Shown piece after piece: positions 46,883 through 56,065 of a stretch of 64,000 bases of DNA (the stretch's first letter is position 1; each line of letters begins with the position of its first letter). The position numbers were made by a program, and so were the translations under genes. The notes under the pieces are model-generated. The model searched no databases. It was not told the DNA's origin and was given only the letters and a program-made list of their open reading frames with translations. The stretch comes from Elusimicrobiota bacterium (GTDB taxonomy: Bacteria > Elusimicrobiota > Elusimicrobia > Elusimicrobiales > UBA9959): the NCBI GenBank assembly GCA_016207645.1, contig JACQPH010000075.1, positions 8,101 to 72,100 on the forward strand. Reading direction: 5' to 3'.

Positions 46883-47564
46883 AAAAATACTGCTAGTGGA
46901 CGACGACAAGCTGGTGCTCAACTCCACCAGGCGCTACCTGGAGGAGCGCGGCTTCAGCGTGGCCGCCGCCGACAACGGCGCCGAGGCGGTGGCGCTGGCG
47001 CGGGAGTCGAAGCCGGACCTCCTGATCACCGACGCGCAGATGAAGGGGCTGGACGGCTTCGCGCTCTGCCGGGCGATAAAGGAGACGGAGGGGTTCGCGG
47101 GCATCCCGGTGATAATAATTTCCGGCGCCAAGATCAGCGAGGAGGATATCCTGGCGGGCTATAACAGGGGCGCGGACGATTACATTCTCAAGCCTTTCTC
47201 CTTCCCGGTGCTGCTGGCCAAGCTGAAGGCGGTGATGAAGCGCTACGAGGGAGTGGCGGAGAAGACGGAGAAGATAAAGAAGCTCGGCATGGTGATAGAC
47301 CCCTCCGGCCGGACGGTGACGATAAAGAACGCGGTCATCAACCTGACCCGCAAGGAATTCGACCTGCTGATGGCGCTGATCACGGAAGAAGGCCGCCTGC
47401 TGGCCATCCCGCATTTGCTGGAGACGGTCTGGGGCTACGACCCGGCCAGCTACAACGACCCGCATACGGTGGGCGTGCACGTTTCCTCCCTGCGCAAGAA
47501 GCTGGGCCCGGAGATCGGCGCGCATATCACCAGCGTGACCGGCCACGGGTATAAGTTCGAATAA
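46875..47564 (+). CDS. OmpR-family response regulator (REC plus winged-helix)
   Basis: KILLVDDDK...ITDAQM receiver; C-terminal LTRKEFDLLMAL...GHGYKF; 8-nt overlap with the upstream gene. Confidence 0.9.
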   Translation: MFKKILLVDDDKLVLNSTRRYLEERGFSVAAADNGAEAVALARESKPDLLITDAQMKGLDGFALCRAIKETEGFAGIPVIIISGAKISEEDILAGYNRGADDYILKPFSFPVLLAKLKAVMKRYEGVAEKTEKIKKLGMVIDPSGRTVTIKNAVINLTRKEFDLLMALITEEGRLLAIPHLLETVWGYDPASYNDPHTVGVHVSSLRKKLGPEIGAHITSVTGHGYKFE

Positions 47565-47612
47565 ATCACACACAAGCAGAAGGGTCCGGCAGCCTCGCCG
47601 CCCTACACGCAA

Positions 47613-47783
47613 TGTAACTACTCTGCTCCCCCATCGGGTCCGGGTTGGCCGGTGTTTTGCCCCGCGAACCCCGGAAGAGGGAAACCCTTGCGTCGGTTTC
47701 CCCCCGAAGCGGGGCCCCCCTTCCGCAAGGGGTTCGCGAAACAAAACCCCGTCCAACCCTCCAGTTGCACCTGAGCAGTTACA
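47613..47783. repeat. MITE/REP-like long palindromic element, copy 3
   Basis: Termini tgtaact / agttaca; core identical to copy 1 except flanks; arms homologous to copy 2. Confidence 0.85.
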
Positions 47784-47872
47784 GCACAGCGCAGATTTGA
47801 CCGAAATTTGATTATTTTTTGCTCTTTACCGTAATTCCCTCTGATAGAGTATTAGCGTGGAGAGGAGGGGTT

Positions 47873-48784
47873 ATGAGAACGATCGGACCGGCTTTCAAAC
47901 TAACCGTCGCTTCGGCCTTCGCTTTAGCGCTCGGCGTCACTCCTCCCGCCGCGGCGGAGGACGTCTACAAGAAGATGGCGAACGACTTCGCCAAGTACTC
48001 CAGCGACAAGAAAGTGAAGAACGTGACCGTGGTGGGCTTCTCGCGCAAAGCCAGGACCTCCCGCGAGGAGAGCGAATATTTTTCCGAGAAGCTGATGTCG
48101 TGCCTGGTGGCTTCCGGCAAGGTGCACCTGCTGGAACGCTCCCAACTGGACAAGGTGCTGGAGGAGAGGAAGCTGGCCGCTTCCGGCGTGGCGGAGGAAT
48201 CGGAGGAGAACTCCGGGAAGAAGATAGACCCCAGCAACGCTATAATAGTGGGGACCATCTTCGGCACCAGCAAGCACCTTAAAATAATAGCCAAGATGGT
48301 GGACCCGCTCACAGGCGCGGTGCTGCACACCGTGGAGGGCCAGACCGACCGGCAGTGGGAGATCATGCCGGAGCGGCCCGAGTTCGAGTTCGACGTGCCG
48401 GACCTCCGCGTGGTGGCGGCCATGTTCGCCGAGGAAGATATCACCCCGGAGCTGTCCGGCTTCCGCGACGCCCCCGTCAGCATGAACACCGACAGCTGTA
48501 ATACCCGCCGCGCGCGCCTGGTCTCCATGCAGGCGGCGGCGCTCGAGGCCAAGGCCAAGTACTGGGCGCTGCAGGTGCGGGACCCCGATTTCAAGGCCAG
48601 GAAACTTACTCGCAATCCCGGCGGAGAGATAAAGGACAACGACGCCAGGAGGAAGTTCTACGCCCTGCTCCAGGCCTTCCACCGCTCTCCGGAACTCCCG
48701 AAGCTTTCCGTGCCCGAGATGAACGCCGTGATCACGGTCATGGACGAAGAGGGCAGGATCTCGGACGAATGCGGGCTGCACTGA
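47873..48784 (+). CDS. secreted protein with FlgO/LpoB/CsgG-like N-terminal domain
   Basis: Signal peptide; VTVVGFSRK...LMSCLVASGKVHLLERSQLDKVLEERKLAASG pattern; GGAGAGGAGGGG SD before 47873. Confidence 0.55.
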   Translation: MRTIGPAFKLTVASAFALALGVTPPAAAEDVYKKMANDFAKYSSDKKVKNVTVVGFSRKARTSREESEYFSEKLMSCLVASGKVHLLERSQLDKVLEERKLAASGVAEESEENSGKKIDPSNAIIVGTIFGTSKHLKIIAKMVDPLTGAVLHTVEGQTDRQWEIMPERPEFEFDVPDLRVVAAMFAEEDITPELSGFRDAPVSMNTDSCNTRRARLVSMQAAALEAKAKYWALQVRDPDFKARKLTRNPGGEIKDNDARRKFYALLQAFHRSPELPKLSVPEMNAVITVMDEEGRISDECGLH

Positions 48785-48837
48785 AAAGGACCGGGTGCCG
48801 CTATGAAGGGAAAGCCGCGCCGGGCAGGGCGCGCTGT

Positions 48838-49221
48838 TCAGGGTCTTTCTGCCGGCGGTTCAGAGCCGGTCACTTTTTCTATCAGGTCCCTTATTTCGTC
48901 TATGCCGAAGGGCTTTATCAGGAAGCCCTCCAGTTCCACGCCCGGCACCAGCGGGGTGGTTATGTTGGAGACCGAGCCGGTGATGGCTATGATCTTCATG
49001 CCCGGCAGCATGTCGCGGATCTTCTTTATAACTTCCTCGCCCCGCATGTCCGGCATTTTCAGGTCGCAGATGACGGCGTCGAAATCCTTCCGCCGCAGCA
49101 GGTCCAGCGCCGTCGCGCCGTTGTTCGCCTCGCTTATCTCCCAGCCGCGGCTGGCCAGCGCCCGGCGCACGTAGTTGCGCACCAGGTCCTCGTCGTCGAT
49201 AATAAGTATGCTTTTTCCCAT
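48838..49221 (-). CDS. single-domain response regulator (CheY-like)
   Basis: ILIIDDEDLVR...ICDLKMPDM receiver motifs; 127 aa. Confidence 0.9.
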   Translation of the reverse strand: MGKSILIIDDEDLVRNYVRRALASRGWEISEANNGATALDLLRRKDFDAVICDLKMPDMRGEEVIKKIRDMLPGMKIIAITGSVSNITTPLVPGVELEGFLIKPFGIDEIRDLIEKVTGSEPPAERP

Positions 49222-49227
49222 CAGCGT

Positions 49228-50781
49228 TCAGGAGACCGGCAGGCTGATCGTGAAGGTCGTGCCGCCGCCGGGGCGGCTATGCGCTTTTATCGTGCCGTTA
49301 TGCCTGTGTATTATGCCCAGGCAGACCGACAATCCCAGGCCGGTGCCCTTGCCCACGGGCTTGGTCGTGAAGAAAGGGTCGAAGATCCGGTCCAGGATCT
49401 CCGGCTTTATCCCGGCCCCGGTATCGGAGACGGTGCTCATCACCAGTTCCCTGCCGGCCGGGTCCTTCAGCAGATTGGTCTCCACCGTAAGCTCGCCGCC
49501 GTCGGGCATGGCGTCGCGCGCGTTGCTGAAAAGGTTCAGAAAGATCTGCATCAGCTGCTGGAAATCCCCGGTCACCAGAGGCAGGCCCTGCGCGAAGTTC
49601 CTGTCTATGCGCACGCTCTTGAGCTCCATCTGCCGGGCGCAGAGGGTCAGGGTCTCCTCTATCACCTCGTTCACGCTCACCGGTTCCAGGCGCGTTTTTT
49701 CCTGCCTGGCGAAGGAAAGCAGCGAGACGATTATCTTCTTGCAGCGGAAGACGGCTTTTTCTATGTCCTTCAGGTCGGTGTAGGTCTGGCTGTCCGGCTT
49801 CGCGCTCTCCAGCACCAGCTGGGTCAGGCCGAGTATGCCGGAGAGGGGATTGTTGATCTCGTGCGCGAGCCCGCCGGCGAGCTGGCCCAGCGCCGACATC
49901 TTCTCGGCCTGGATCAGCTGCGACTGGGTCTCCTGCAGCTGCCGGTAGAGGTTGGAGTTCCGGAGCGCCAGGTTCACCAGCGAGCCGAAGATCTTCGCCC
50001 GCTGCAGGTCGGCCTCGGTGAAATATTCGCCTTCCTGGTCGCGGTTTATGCTGATCAGCCCGGCGGGCCTGTTCTCCTCCATCAGCGGCAGGAACAGCGC
50101 GCATTTTATCTCGCCTATGCCGGGCAGGTCCGAGAAGGTCTTATCCCTGGCGGGCTCGTCCACCAGCAGGAAGGACTTCGCGCCCCCGTCAAGGCGCTTC
50201 ATCATCCTCTCGCAAAGGGTCAGCCTGGAGTTCAGCCGGGACTCCTCGTCCAGGCCTTCGGAGACCGCCACTCTCAGCTTGCCGTCCTTGTCGGGCAGCA
50301 CCAGCAGCGACTCCTCCGCTTTCAGGATGCGGGTCACGGAGTCGAGGGTGACGCGCAGCAGCTCCTCCGGCTTTATGGTGGAGAAAATGGCCTTGGTGAT
50401 GTCGTTGAACTTTCGCTTCTCCAGCGCTTTTTCAACTACGGCCAGCAGTTCCTTGATCTCGAACGGTTTATGCAGATAGTCGAAGGCGCCCTTGCGCATG
50501 CTCTGGATGGCCGTGCCCATGGTGCCGTGGCCGGTGGCGATGATGACCTCCACCTCCGGGTCCAGCTTCTTCATCTCGCCCAGCGCGGTGATGCCGTCCA
50601 TGCCCGGCATCTGTATGTCGGTGATGGCCAGGTCGAATTTTTCGGAGCCTATTTTCCTGACGGCCTGCTCGCCGTCGTAGACCACCGAGACCGAGTAGCC
50701 GTTCGCCTGCAGCGAGGCCGAGATCATCTCCGCTATCTGCGGCTCGTCGTCCACCACGAGGATATTGGCCTTGGTCGTCAT
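49228..50781 (-). CDS. hybrid sensor histidine kinase (REC-GAF-like-HisKA-HATPase)
   Basis: Start at MTTKANILVVDDEPQ; H-box GGLAHEINNPL; N/G boxes FSNARDAM, DTGAGI, GTGLGLS. Confidence 0.88.
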   Translation of the reverse strand: MTTKANILVVDDEPQIAEMISASLQANGYSVSVVYDGEQAVRKIGSEKFDLAITDIQMPGMDGITALGEMKKLDPEVEVIIATGHGTMGTAIQSMRKGAFDYLHKPFEIKELLAVVEKALEKRKFNDITKAIFSTIKPEELLRVTLDSVTRILKAEESLLVLPDKDGKLRVAVSEGLDEESRLNSRLTLCERMMKRLDGGAKSFLLVDEPARDKTFSDLPGIGEIKCALFLPLMEENRPAGLISINRDQEGEYFTEADLQRAKIFGSLVNLALRNSNLYRQLQETQSQLIQAEKMSALGQLAGGLAHEINNPLSGILGLTQLVLESAKPDSQTYTDLKDIEKAVFRCKKIIVSLLSFARQEKTRLEPVSVNEVIEETLTLCARQMELKSVRIDRNFAQGLPLVTGDFQQLMQIFLNLFSNARDAMPDGGELTVETNLLKDPAGRELVMSTVSDTGAGIKPEILDRIFDPFFTTKPVGKGTGLGLSVCLGIIHRHNGTIKAHSRPGGGTTFTISLPVS

Positions 50782-50826
50782 GCCTAGACCAATTGTATAA
50801 AATAAAGCCTCGCGTATTCGTGCCGG

Positions 50827-51165
50827 GTGTACCGCAGGCCAGTACTGCAAGGCCACCTTACACGGTCCGAATACGCTGAGCGTAAAACCCAATTGGTCAA
50901 TGAGAAAAAGGAAATTGAAAACAAACTCGCAGCTTTTGCCCGGCAGGGAGCCAATCGGTTCGAACCGGAAATAGAACTGTACCGCGAGGCGGTTCACGTC
51001 GGAGAACTGGCGGAGAGCGGGAAAGCGGAGGAAAACCGGGAAAAGTTGAAAAAGATCGGTTCGAACTTCCGTATAGGCAGGCGGCGGCTTTCCGTTGACT
51101 TCAAAAAACCTTGGGAATTACTACTTAATTTTAATTCTGCGCGCGCGGAAAAGAATTATTTTTCG
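50827..51165 (+). pseudogene. C-terminal remnant of a large serine recombinase-like gene
   Basis: YAERKTQLVNEKKEIENKLAAFARQGANRFEPEIE...KLKKIGSNFRIGRRRLSVDFKKPWELL resembles recombinase C-terminal coiled-coil tails; no catalytic N-terminus; locally lower GC; abuts tRNA-Ser. Confidence 0.45.
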
Positions 51166-51192
51166 GCAGAATTTTTTAAAAGCAAAAAAGTT

Positions 51193-51277
51193 CGGAGAGG
51201 GAGGGATTCGAACCCTCGAGGGTGTTACCCCTACAGGTTTTCGAGACCTGCTGTTTCAACCGCTCACACACCTCTCC
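51193..51277 (-). tRNA. tRNA-Ser (anticodon CGA)
   Basis: Hand-folded: acceptor GGAGAGG/CCTCTCC, anticodon loop CTCGAAA, long variable arm, T-loop TTCGAAT; no encoded CCA. Confidence 0.9.
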
Positions 51278-51333
51278 ACACTATCGCGCCCCGTATGCAC
51301 GGAGCGGATAAGCATTATATTATCTCAAATTTT

Positions 51334-51421
51334 CGGAAGGAGTGGGATTCGAACCCACGGTACGGATTAACCGTACACCGGTTTTCAAGACCGGCGCCTT
51401 AAACCACTCGGCCATCCTTCC
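51334..51421 (-). tRNA. tRNA-Ser (anticodon UGA)
   Basis: Hand-folded: acceptor GGAAGGA/TCCTTCC, anticodon loop CTTGAAA, 19-nt variable arm, T-loop TTCGAAT. Confidence 0.9.
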
Positions 51422-51569
51422 ATGCCGGGTGCTTACCGCGCCCGTTCAGTAATGATATAATATAAAATTATATAAAGCACTTTAACGGCGGCCGCCCTGC
51501 TAGCATAGCTCTTATGGCGGCACAAGAAAGCGGCGAAGCGGCACTGGCATAGCTTCGGGGCTTATTTAA

Positions 51570-52934
51570 ATGGGCAAACTATTCGGCACCGACGGCATAC
51601 GCGGCATCACCTGGGAGCATCCCTTCACGCCTGATTTTATCCGCAAGATAGGCTACGCGGCCTCGCTGGTGCTCCCTAAGTATAAAAAAACCGGCTCCGG
51701 CAAGTCTGTGGTACTGCTGGGCATGGATTCCCGCGCCTCCGGCCGGCTGATAAAAAGATATCTGGTCGAAGGCCTCGGCGCGAGCAAGTTCAAGGTTGTG
51801 GACCTCGGCATCATCCCCACCCCGGCGGTCTCCTACCTGGTCAAGCGCGAGAACGCCGATTTCGGCATAGTCATCTCGGCCAGCCACAACCCGCCCGAAT
51901 TCAACGGGATAAAGTTCTTCTCCGGCGACGGGCTCAAGCTCAGCGAGAAGATAGAGGACAAGATGGAGAAACTGCTGCTCGGCAAAAAATCGCTTTCCTT
52001 CAGGCCCTCCCATCCCGGCCTGCATAAAAAAGATTTCACCCGCGATTACGAGGCCTTCCTGAAAAGCACGCTGCCGCCCGGCTTCACCCTGAAGGGCGTG
52101 AAGATCCTGCTGGACTGCGCCAACGGCGCCGCGTACAAGATAGCCCCGCGCATCTTCAGGGACCTGGGCGCGAAGGTGAAGGTCATAGGCGACAAGCCGG
52201 ACGGGAAGAACATCAACGCAGGCTGCGGCGCCCTGCACACGGAGAAAATGGCCAAGGCCGCCGCCTCCTGGGGCGCTTTCTGCGGCATCAGCTTCGACGG
52301 GGACGCCGACCGCTGCATGTTCGCGGACGAAAAGGGCGCGCAGTTGGACGGGGACGACATAATTTCGATGATGGCGCCTTATCTCAAGGAGCGGGGCCGC
52401 CTCACCAATAACGGGGTTTCGCTCACCTTCATGTCCAATTACGGCCTGCTCAAATATCTGGAGGGGCTGGGGATAAGCGTCACGCAGGTGCCGGTGGGCG
52501 ATAAGAACGTCACCGACGCCATGGAGAGGGGCGGCCTGAAGCTGGGCGGCGAGTCCAGCGGGCATATAATTTTCCGCGAGTTCGCGCCCACCGGCGACGG
52601 GGTGCTGACCGCGCTGCAGACCCTGGCCGCCGTGCTGGACATGGGCAGGCCTTTCAGCTGGTTCCGCCGCCACTGGAACCGCTACCCGCAGGTGGTGGAA
52701 AAGGTCAAGGTCTCGCATAAGCCCGCTTTCAAGAGCGTCACCGGCTTCAGCGACAAGGTAGTGAAATTCGAGAACGACCTGAAGGGCAACGGGCGCATCT
52801 TCATCCGCTACTCCGGCACGGAGCCGCTGCTGCGGCTGCTGGTGGAAGGCGAATCCCGCGCCGAGATCAAGGCCATCGCCGACGAGCTGCTGGAGCATTA
52901 CAGGAAGCACTCCGGCGCGGTGGCGGGCAAATGA
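51570..52934 (+). CDS. glmM: phosphoglucosamine mutase
   Basis: GTDGIRG and SASHNP active-site motifs. Confidence 0.95.
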   Translation: MGKLFGTDGIRGITWEHPFTPDFIRKIGYAASLVLPKYKKTGSGKSVVLLGMDSRASGRLIKRYLVEGLGASKFKVVDLGIIPTPAVSYLVKRENADFGIVISASHNPPEFNGIKFFSGDGLKLSEKIEDKMEKLLLGKKSLSFRPSHPGLHKKDFTRDYEAFLKSTLPPGFTLKGVKILLDCANGAAYKIAPRIFRDLGAKVKVIGDKPDGKNINAGCGALHTEKMAKAAASWGAFCGISFDGDADRCMFADEKGAQLDGDDIISMMAPYLKERGRLTNNGVSLTFMSNYGLLKYLEGLGISVTQVPVGDKNVTDAMERGGLKLGGESSGHIIFREFAPTGDGVLTALQTLAAVLDMGRPFSWFRRHWNRYPQVVEKVKVSHKPAFKSVTGFSDKVVKFENDLKGNGRIFIRYSGTEPLLRLLVEGESRAEIKAIADELLEHYRKHSGAVAGK

Positions 52935-52967
52935 CCGTTTTATCGTTCAGTTCGACCGGAGGAATTC

Positions 52968-53687
52968 ATGAAACATGTTAAGCTGGGAGTAAATATAGAC
53001 CATATCGCCACGCTGCGCCAGGCGCGCGGGGAGAAGAACCCGGACACCGTGGAAGCCGCCCGCGTGGTGTACAGTTCCGGCGGGGACATGGTGGTCATGC
53101 ATTTGCGCCAGGACCGCCGCCATATTCAGGACTCCGACCTGGAGCGGGTCCGCCACGATGTGAAGGGCCTTGTCCACCTTGAGATGGCCGCCGTTCCCGA
53201 AATGGAGAAGGTGGCGCTGCTGGTGCGCCCCGACTCCGTCTGCCTGGTGCCCGAAGGCCCGCGCGAGCTCACCACCCAGGGCGGGATGAAGCTGGACCGC
53301 AGGAATCCCGAGCTGGAGAAGCTGATAAAAAAACTCTCCGGCGCCGGCATGGAGGTCAGCGTTTTCGCCGATCCCGAGCCGCAGGCCATACGCACCGCCC
53401 ACAATATGGGCGCCGACAGCATAGAGCTCTGCACGAAGCAGTACGCCGAGTCCTGGGGCAAGAAGCTGCAGGCCAAGGAGCTGGAGAAACTGCAGCTCGC
53501 GGGCTTCCTGGTGAAGGAGCTCAAGATGGACCTGCACGCCGGGCACGGCCTGGACTACTACAACGTGTCGCCGGTGGCGCGCATCGAGGGCATGGACTGC
53601 CTGAACATCGGTTTCTCGATAATTTCCCGCGGCATGTTCGTGGGGCTGAAGACCGCCGTCGCGGAAATGAAAAGGCTGATACAATAA
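52968..53687 (+). CDS. pdxJ: pyridoxine 5'-phosphate synthase
   Basis: LGVNIDHIATLRQARG N-terminus. Confidence 0.94.
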   Translation: MKHVKLGVNIDHIATLRQARGEKNPDTVEAARVVYSSGGDMVVMHLRQDRRHIQDSDLERVRHDVKGLVHLEMAAVPEMEKVALLVRPDSVCLVPEGPRELTTQGGMKLDRRNPELEKLIKKLSGAGMEVSVFADPEPQAIRTAHNMGADSIELCTKQYAESWGKKLQAKELEKLQLAGFLVKELKMDLHAGHGLDYYNVSPVARIEGMDCLNIGFSIISRGMFVGLKTAVAEMKRLIQ

Positions 53688-53707
53688 CGACGCTGGTATG
53701 CCGGTAG

Positions 53708-53731
53708 GCTGGCAGGCTGGTCAGCTTTTTT
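53708..53731 (+). terminator. possible intrinsic terminator
   Basis: GCTGGC-loop-GGTCAGC short stem followed by TTTTTT. Confidence 0.4.
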
Positions 53732-53794
53732 CTGCATGCGCGCACCGGCATACTGGCGTGCTTGCACACAATAAGACACAAGGAAATCCTTAAT

Positions 53795-55669
53795 ATGTGC
53801 GGAATAACCGGCTACATCGGCGACAATAAGACCACGGACATTCTCATAGACGGCCTCAAGCGTCTCGAGTACCGCGGCTACGATTCCTGCGGCATAGCCG
53901 CCGTGGATTCTAAGAACCATCTTTACCTCAAGAGGGTGAGCGGCCGCGTGGACCTGCTGGACAAGCTGGTGGCCGAAGAGCCGGTGAAAGGCGCCCACTC
54001 CGGCGTGGGGCATACCCGCTGGGCCACGCACGGCGCGCCGTCCGAGGACAACGCCCACCCGCATACCGACTGTTCCTCCGAAGTTGTTGTGGTGCATAAC
54101 GGCATCATAGAGAACTACCTGGACCTGAAGGAAAAGCTGCTGGCCGCCGGCCATAAGTTCAAGTCCGAGACCGACACCGAGGTCATCGCCCACGTGCTGG
54201 AAGAGAAGCTGAAGAGCCTGCACGTGCAGGCCTCGGCCGCGCGCGCAGATATGCTGGAGCCGGTCTTCTTCGAGGCTTTCCGGCGCGCTATCGCGGACCT
54301 GAAGGGTTCTTTCGCGCTTTCGGTGGTCTGGGCGAAATGCCCGGGGATGCTGCTGGCCGCGCGCATGCACAGCCCGCTGGTGGTGGGGCTGGGCAAGGGC
54401 GAGAATTTCATAGCCTCCGACGTCTCCGCTTTCCTGAAGTACACCAAGAAGGTGGTGTTCCTGAACGACGGAGAGATGGCCGCCGTGAAGAAGGACGGCG
54501 TGGATTACTACACCTTCCAGGGCAAGAAGACCGACAAGGAGTTCATGACTATACAGTGGGACTCCACCATGGCCGAGAAGGGCGGCTACAAGCATTTCAT
54601 GCTGAAGGAGATCCACGAGCAGGCCCAGGCGGTGGAGGACACGCTGCGCGGGCGCCTGCTGCCGCTGGGCGGCGACCTGCTGAAGGCCGAGCTGGGGCTT
54701 TCCGCCGAGGTCATGAAGTCGTTCTCCTCGCTGCAGTTCATAGCCTGCGGCACGGCCTATCACGCCGCCCTGGTGGGGCGGGTGCTGTTCGAGAATTTCG
54801 GCATTGCCGCGCACGCCGACGTGGCTTCGGAGTTCACCGACCGGGCGAAGCTGATGGCGCCGAATACGCTGGCGGTGGCCGTTTCGCAGTCCGGCGAGAC
54901 CGCCGACACGCTTTTCGCGGTGCGCGAGGCCAAACTGTCCGGCGCGAAGGTGCTGGCCATCACCAATACCGTGGGCTCCACGCTGACCCGCGAGGCCGAC
55001 TTCGTGCTCTATACGCACTGCGGGCCGGAGATAGGCGTGGCTTCCACCAAGGCTTTCCTGGGCCAGCTGGCCGCTATCTATCTGCTGGCGGGGCATTTCG
55101 CCGCCGCGAGGGGCCGCCTGCCGGGCCCCGACGCGAGGCGCTACGCCGAGGAGCTGCTCAAGATCCCCCGCCTGATCGAGGAGATCCTGCAGAAGGAAAA
55201 AGAGATAGCGAAGGTGGCGGACAATTTTTCCTCGAGCGAGCATTTCCTGTTCATCTCCCGGCATATCAACTTTCCTATAGCGCTGGAGGGGGCGCTGAAG
55301 ATAAAGGAGATCGCCTACGTGCACGCGGAGGGCTACGCGGCCGGCGAGATGAAGCACGGGCCGATAGCGATGATCTACAAGGGGATGCCGGTGCTGGCGG
55401 TGGCGCCCTCGGGCCGGGCGCTGGACCTGATGGCGGGGAATATCGAGGAGGCGAAGGCGCGCGGGGCGGAGGTGGTGGCGATAGTGGACGCGGCTTCGCA
55501 GAAGACGGTGAAGGCCTCGCGCTATATCGTGCTGCCGGCCACCGGCGAGCTTTTTACCCCGCTGCTGACGGTGATACCGCTGCAGCTCTTCGCCTATTAC
55601 GTGGCGCTGGCGAAAAAGTGCGACATAGACAAGCCGCGCAACCTGGCCAAGAGCGTGACCGTTAGGTAA
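53795..55669 (+). CDS. glmS: glutamine--fructose-6-phosphate aminotransferase
   Basis: MCGITGYIG start (Cys2 nucleophile), two SIS domains, C-terminal AKSVTVR. Confidence 0.96.
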   Translation: MCGITGYIGDNKTTDILIDGLKRLEYRGYDSCGIAAVDSKNHLYLKRVSGRVDLLDKLVAEEPVKGAHSGVGHTRWATHGAPSEDNAHPHTDCSSEVVVVHNGIIENYLDLKEKLLAAGHKFKSETDTEVIAHVLEEKLKSLHVQASAARADMLEPVFFEAFRRAIADLKGSFALSVVWAKCPGMLLAARMHSPLVVGLGKGENFIASDVSAFLKYTKKVVFLNDGEMAAVKKDGVDYYTFQGKKTDKEFMTIQWDSTMAEKGGYKHFMLKEIHEQAQAVEDTLRGRLLPLGGDLLKAELGLSAEVMKSFSSLQFIACGTAYHAALVGRVLFENFGIAAHADVASEFTDRAKLMAPNTLAVAVSQSGETADTLFAVREAKLSGAKVLAITNTVGSTLTREADFVLYTHCGPEIGVASTKAFLGQLAAIYLLAGHFAAARGRLPGPDARRYAEELLKIPRLIEEILQKEKEIAKVADNFSSSEHFLFISRHINFPIALEGALKIKEIAYVHAEGYAAGEMKHGPIAMIYKGMPVLAVAPSGRALDLMAGNIEEAKARGAEVVAIVDAASQKTVKASRYIVLPATGELFTPLLTVIPLQLFAYYVALAKKCDIDKPRNLAKSVTVR

Positions 55670-55688
55670 ATAGCGCCGGGCTTTTACA

Positions 55689-56060
55689 ATGCCTGCAAAA
55701 ATAAAAAAGCTGCCGCCGGCCGTGATCGGGCTTGGCGTGGACCTTGTCGAGGTTTCGCGGGTGCGCGGCATGGCCGCGCGCAGCCCGGGTTTTTTGAAAA
55801 GGGTGTTTACGGCGGGGGAACTGGGGTACGCTTTCAAGAGCAGGAATAAATTCGAGCGGCTGGCGGCGCGGTTCGCGGTGAAGGAAGCGGTTATCAAGGC
55901 GCTGGACGCCAGGGACCTGCCGCTTAAGAGCATCGAGGTGAAAAATACCGCGGGCGGCGGACCGCAAGTCGCAGTGAAAGGCCGGCCCGGTCTGCGCTTG
56001 CTGGTCTCTATCTCGCATACCAGCACCCATGCCGTGGCTTCCGTGATAGCGTTCTCCTGA
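55689..56060 (+). CDS. acpS: holo-ACP synthase
   Basis: GLGVDLVEVSRV and FAVKEAVIKAL motifs. Confidence 0.9.
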   Translation: MPAKIKKLPPAVIGLGVDLVEVSRVRGMAARSPGFLKRVFTAGELGYAFKSRNKFERLAARFAVKEAVIKALDARDLPLKSIEVKNTAGGGPQVAVKGRPGLRLLVSISHTSTHAVASVIAFS

Positions 56061-56065
56061 ATGCT

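Noticed and set aside
50955-51075. GGTTCGAAC words as att-site copies of the tRNA T-arm
   Set aside because: They are only 9 nt long. They fall in-frame in the recombinase remnant (coding RFEP and GSNF) and do not extend into the tRNA acceptor sequence.
53688-53794. Possible glmS ribozyme upstream of glmS
   Set aside because: The spacer is only about 105 nt. It is taken up by a pdxJ terminator-like hairpin and lacks the conserved glmS ribozyme core I remember. An Infernal scan would settle it.
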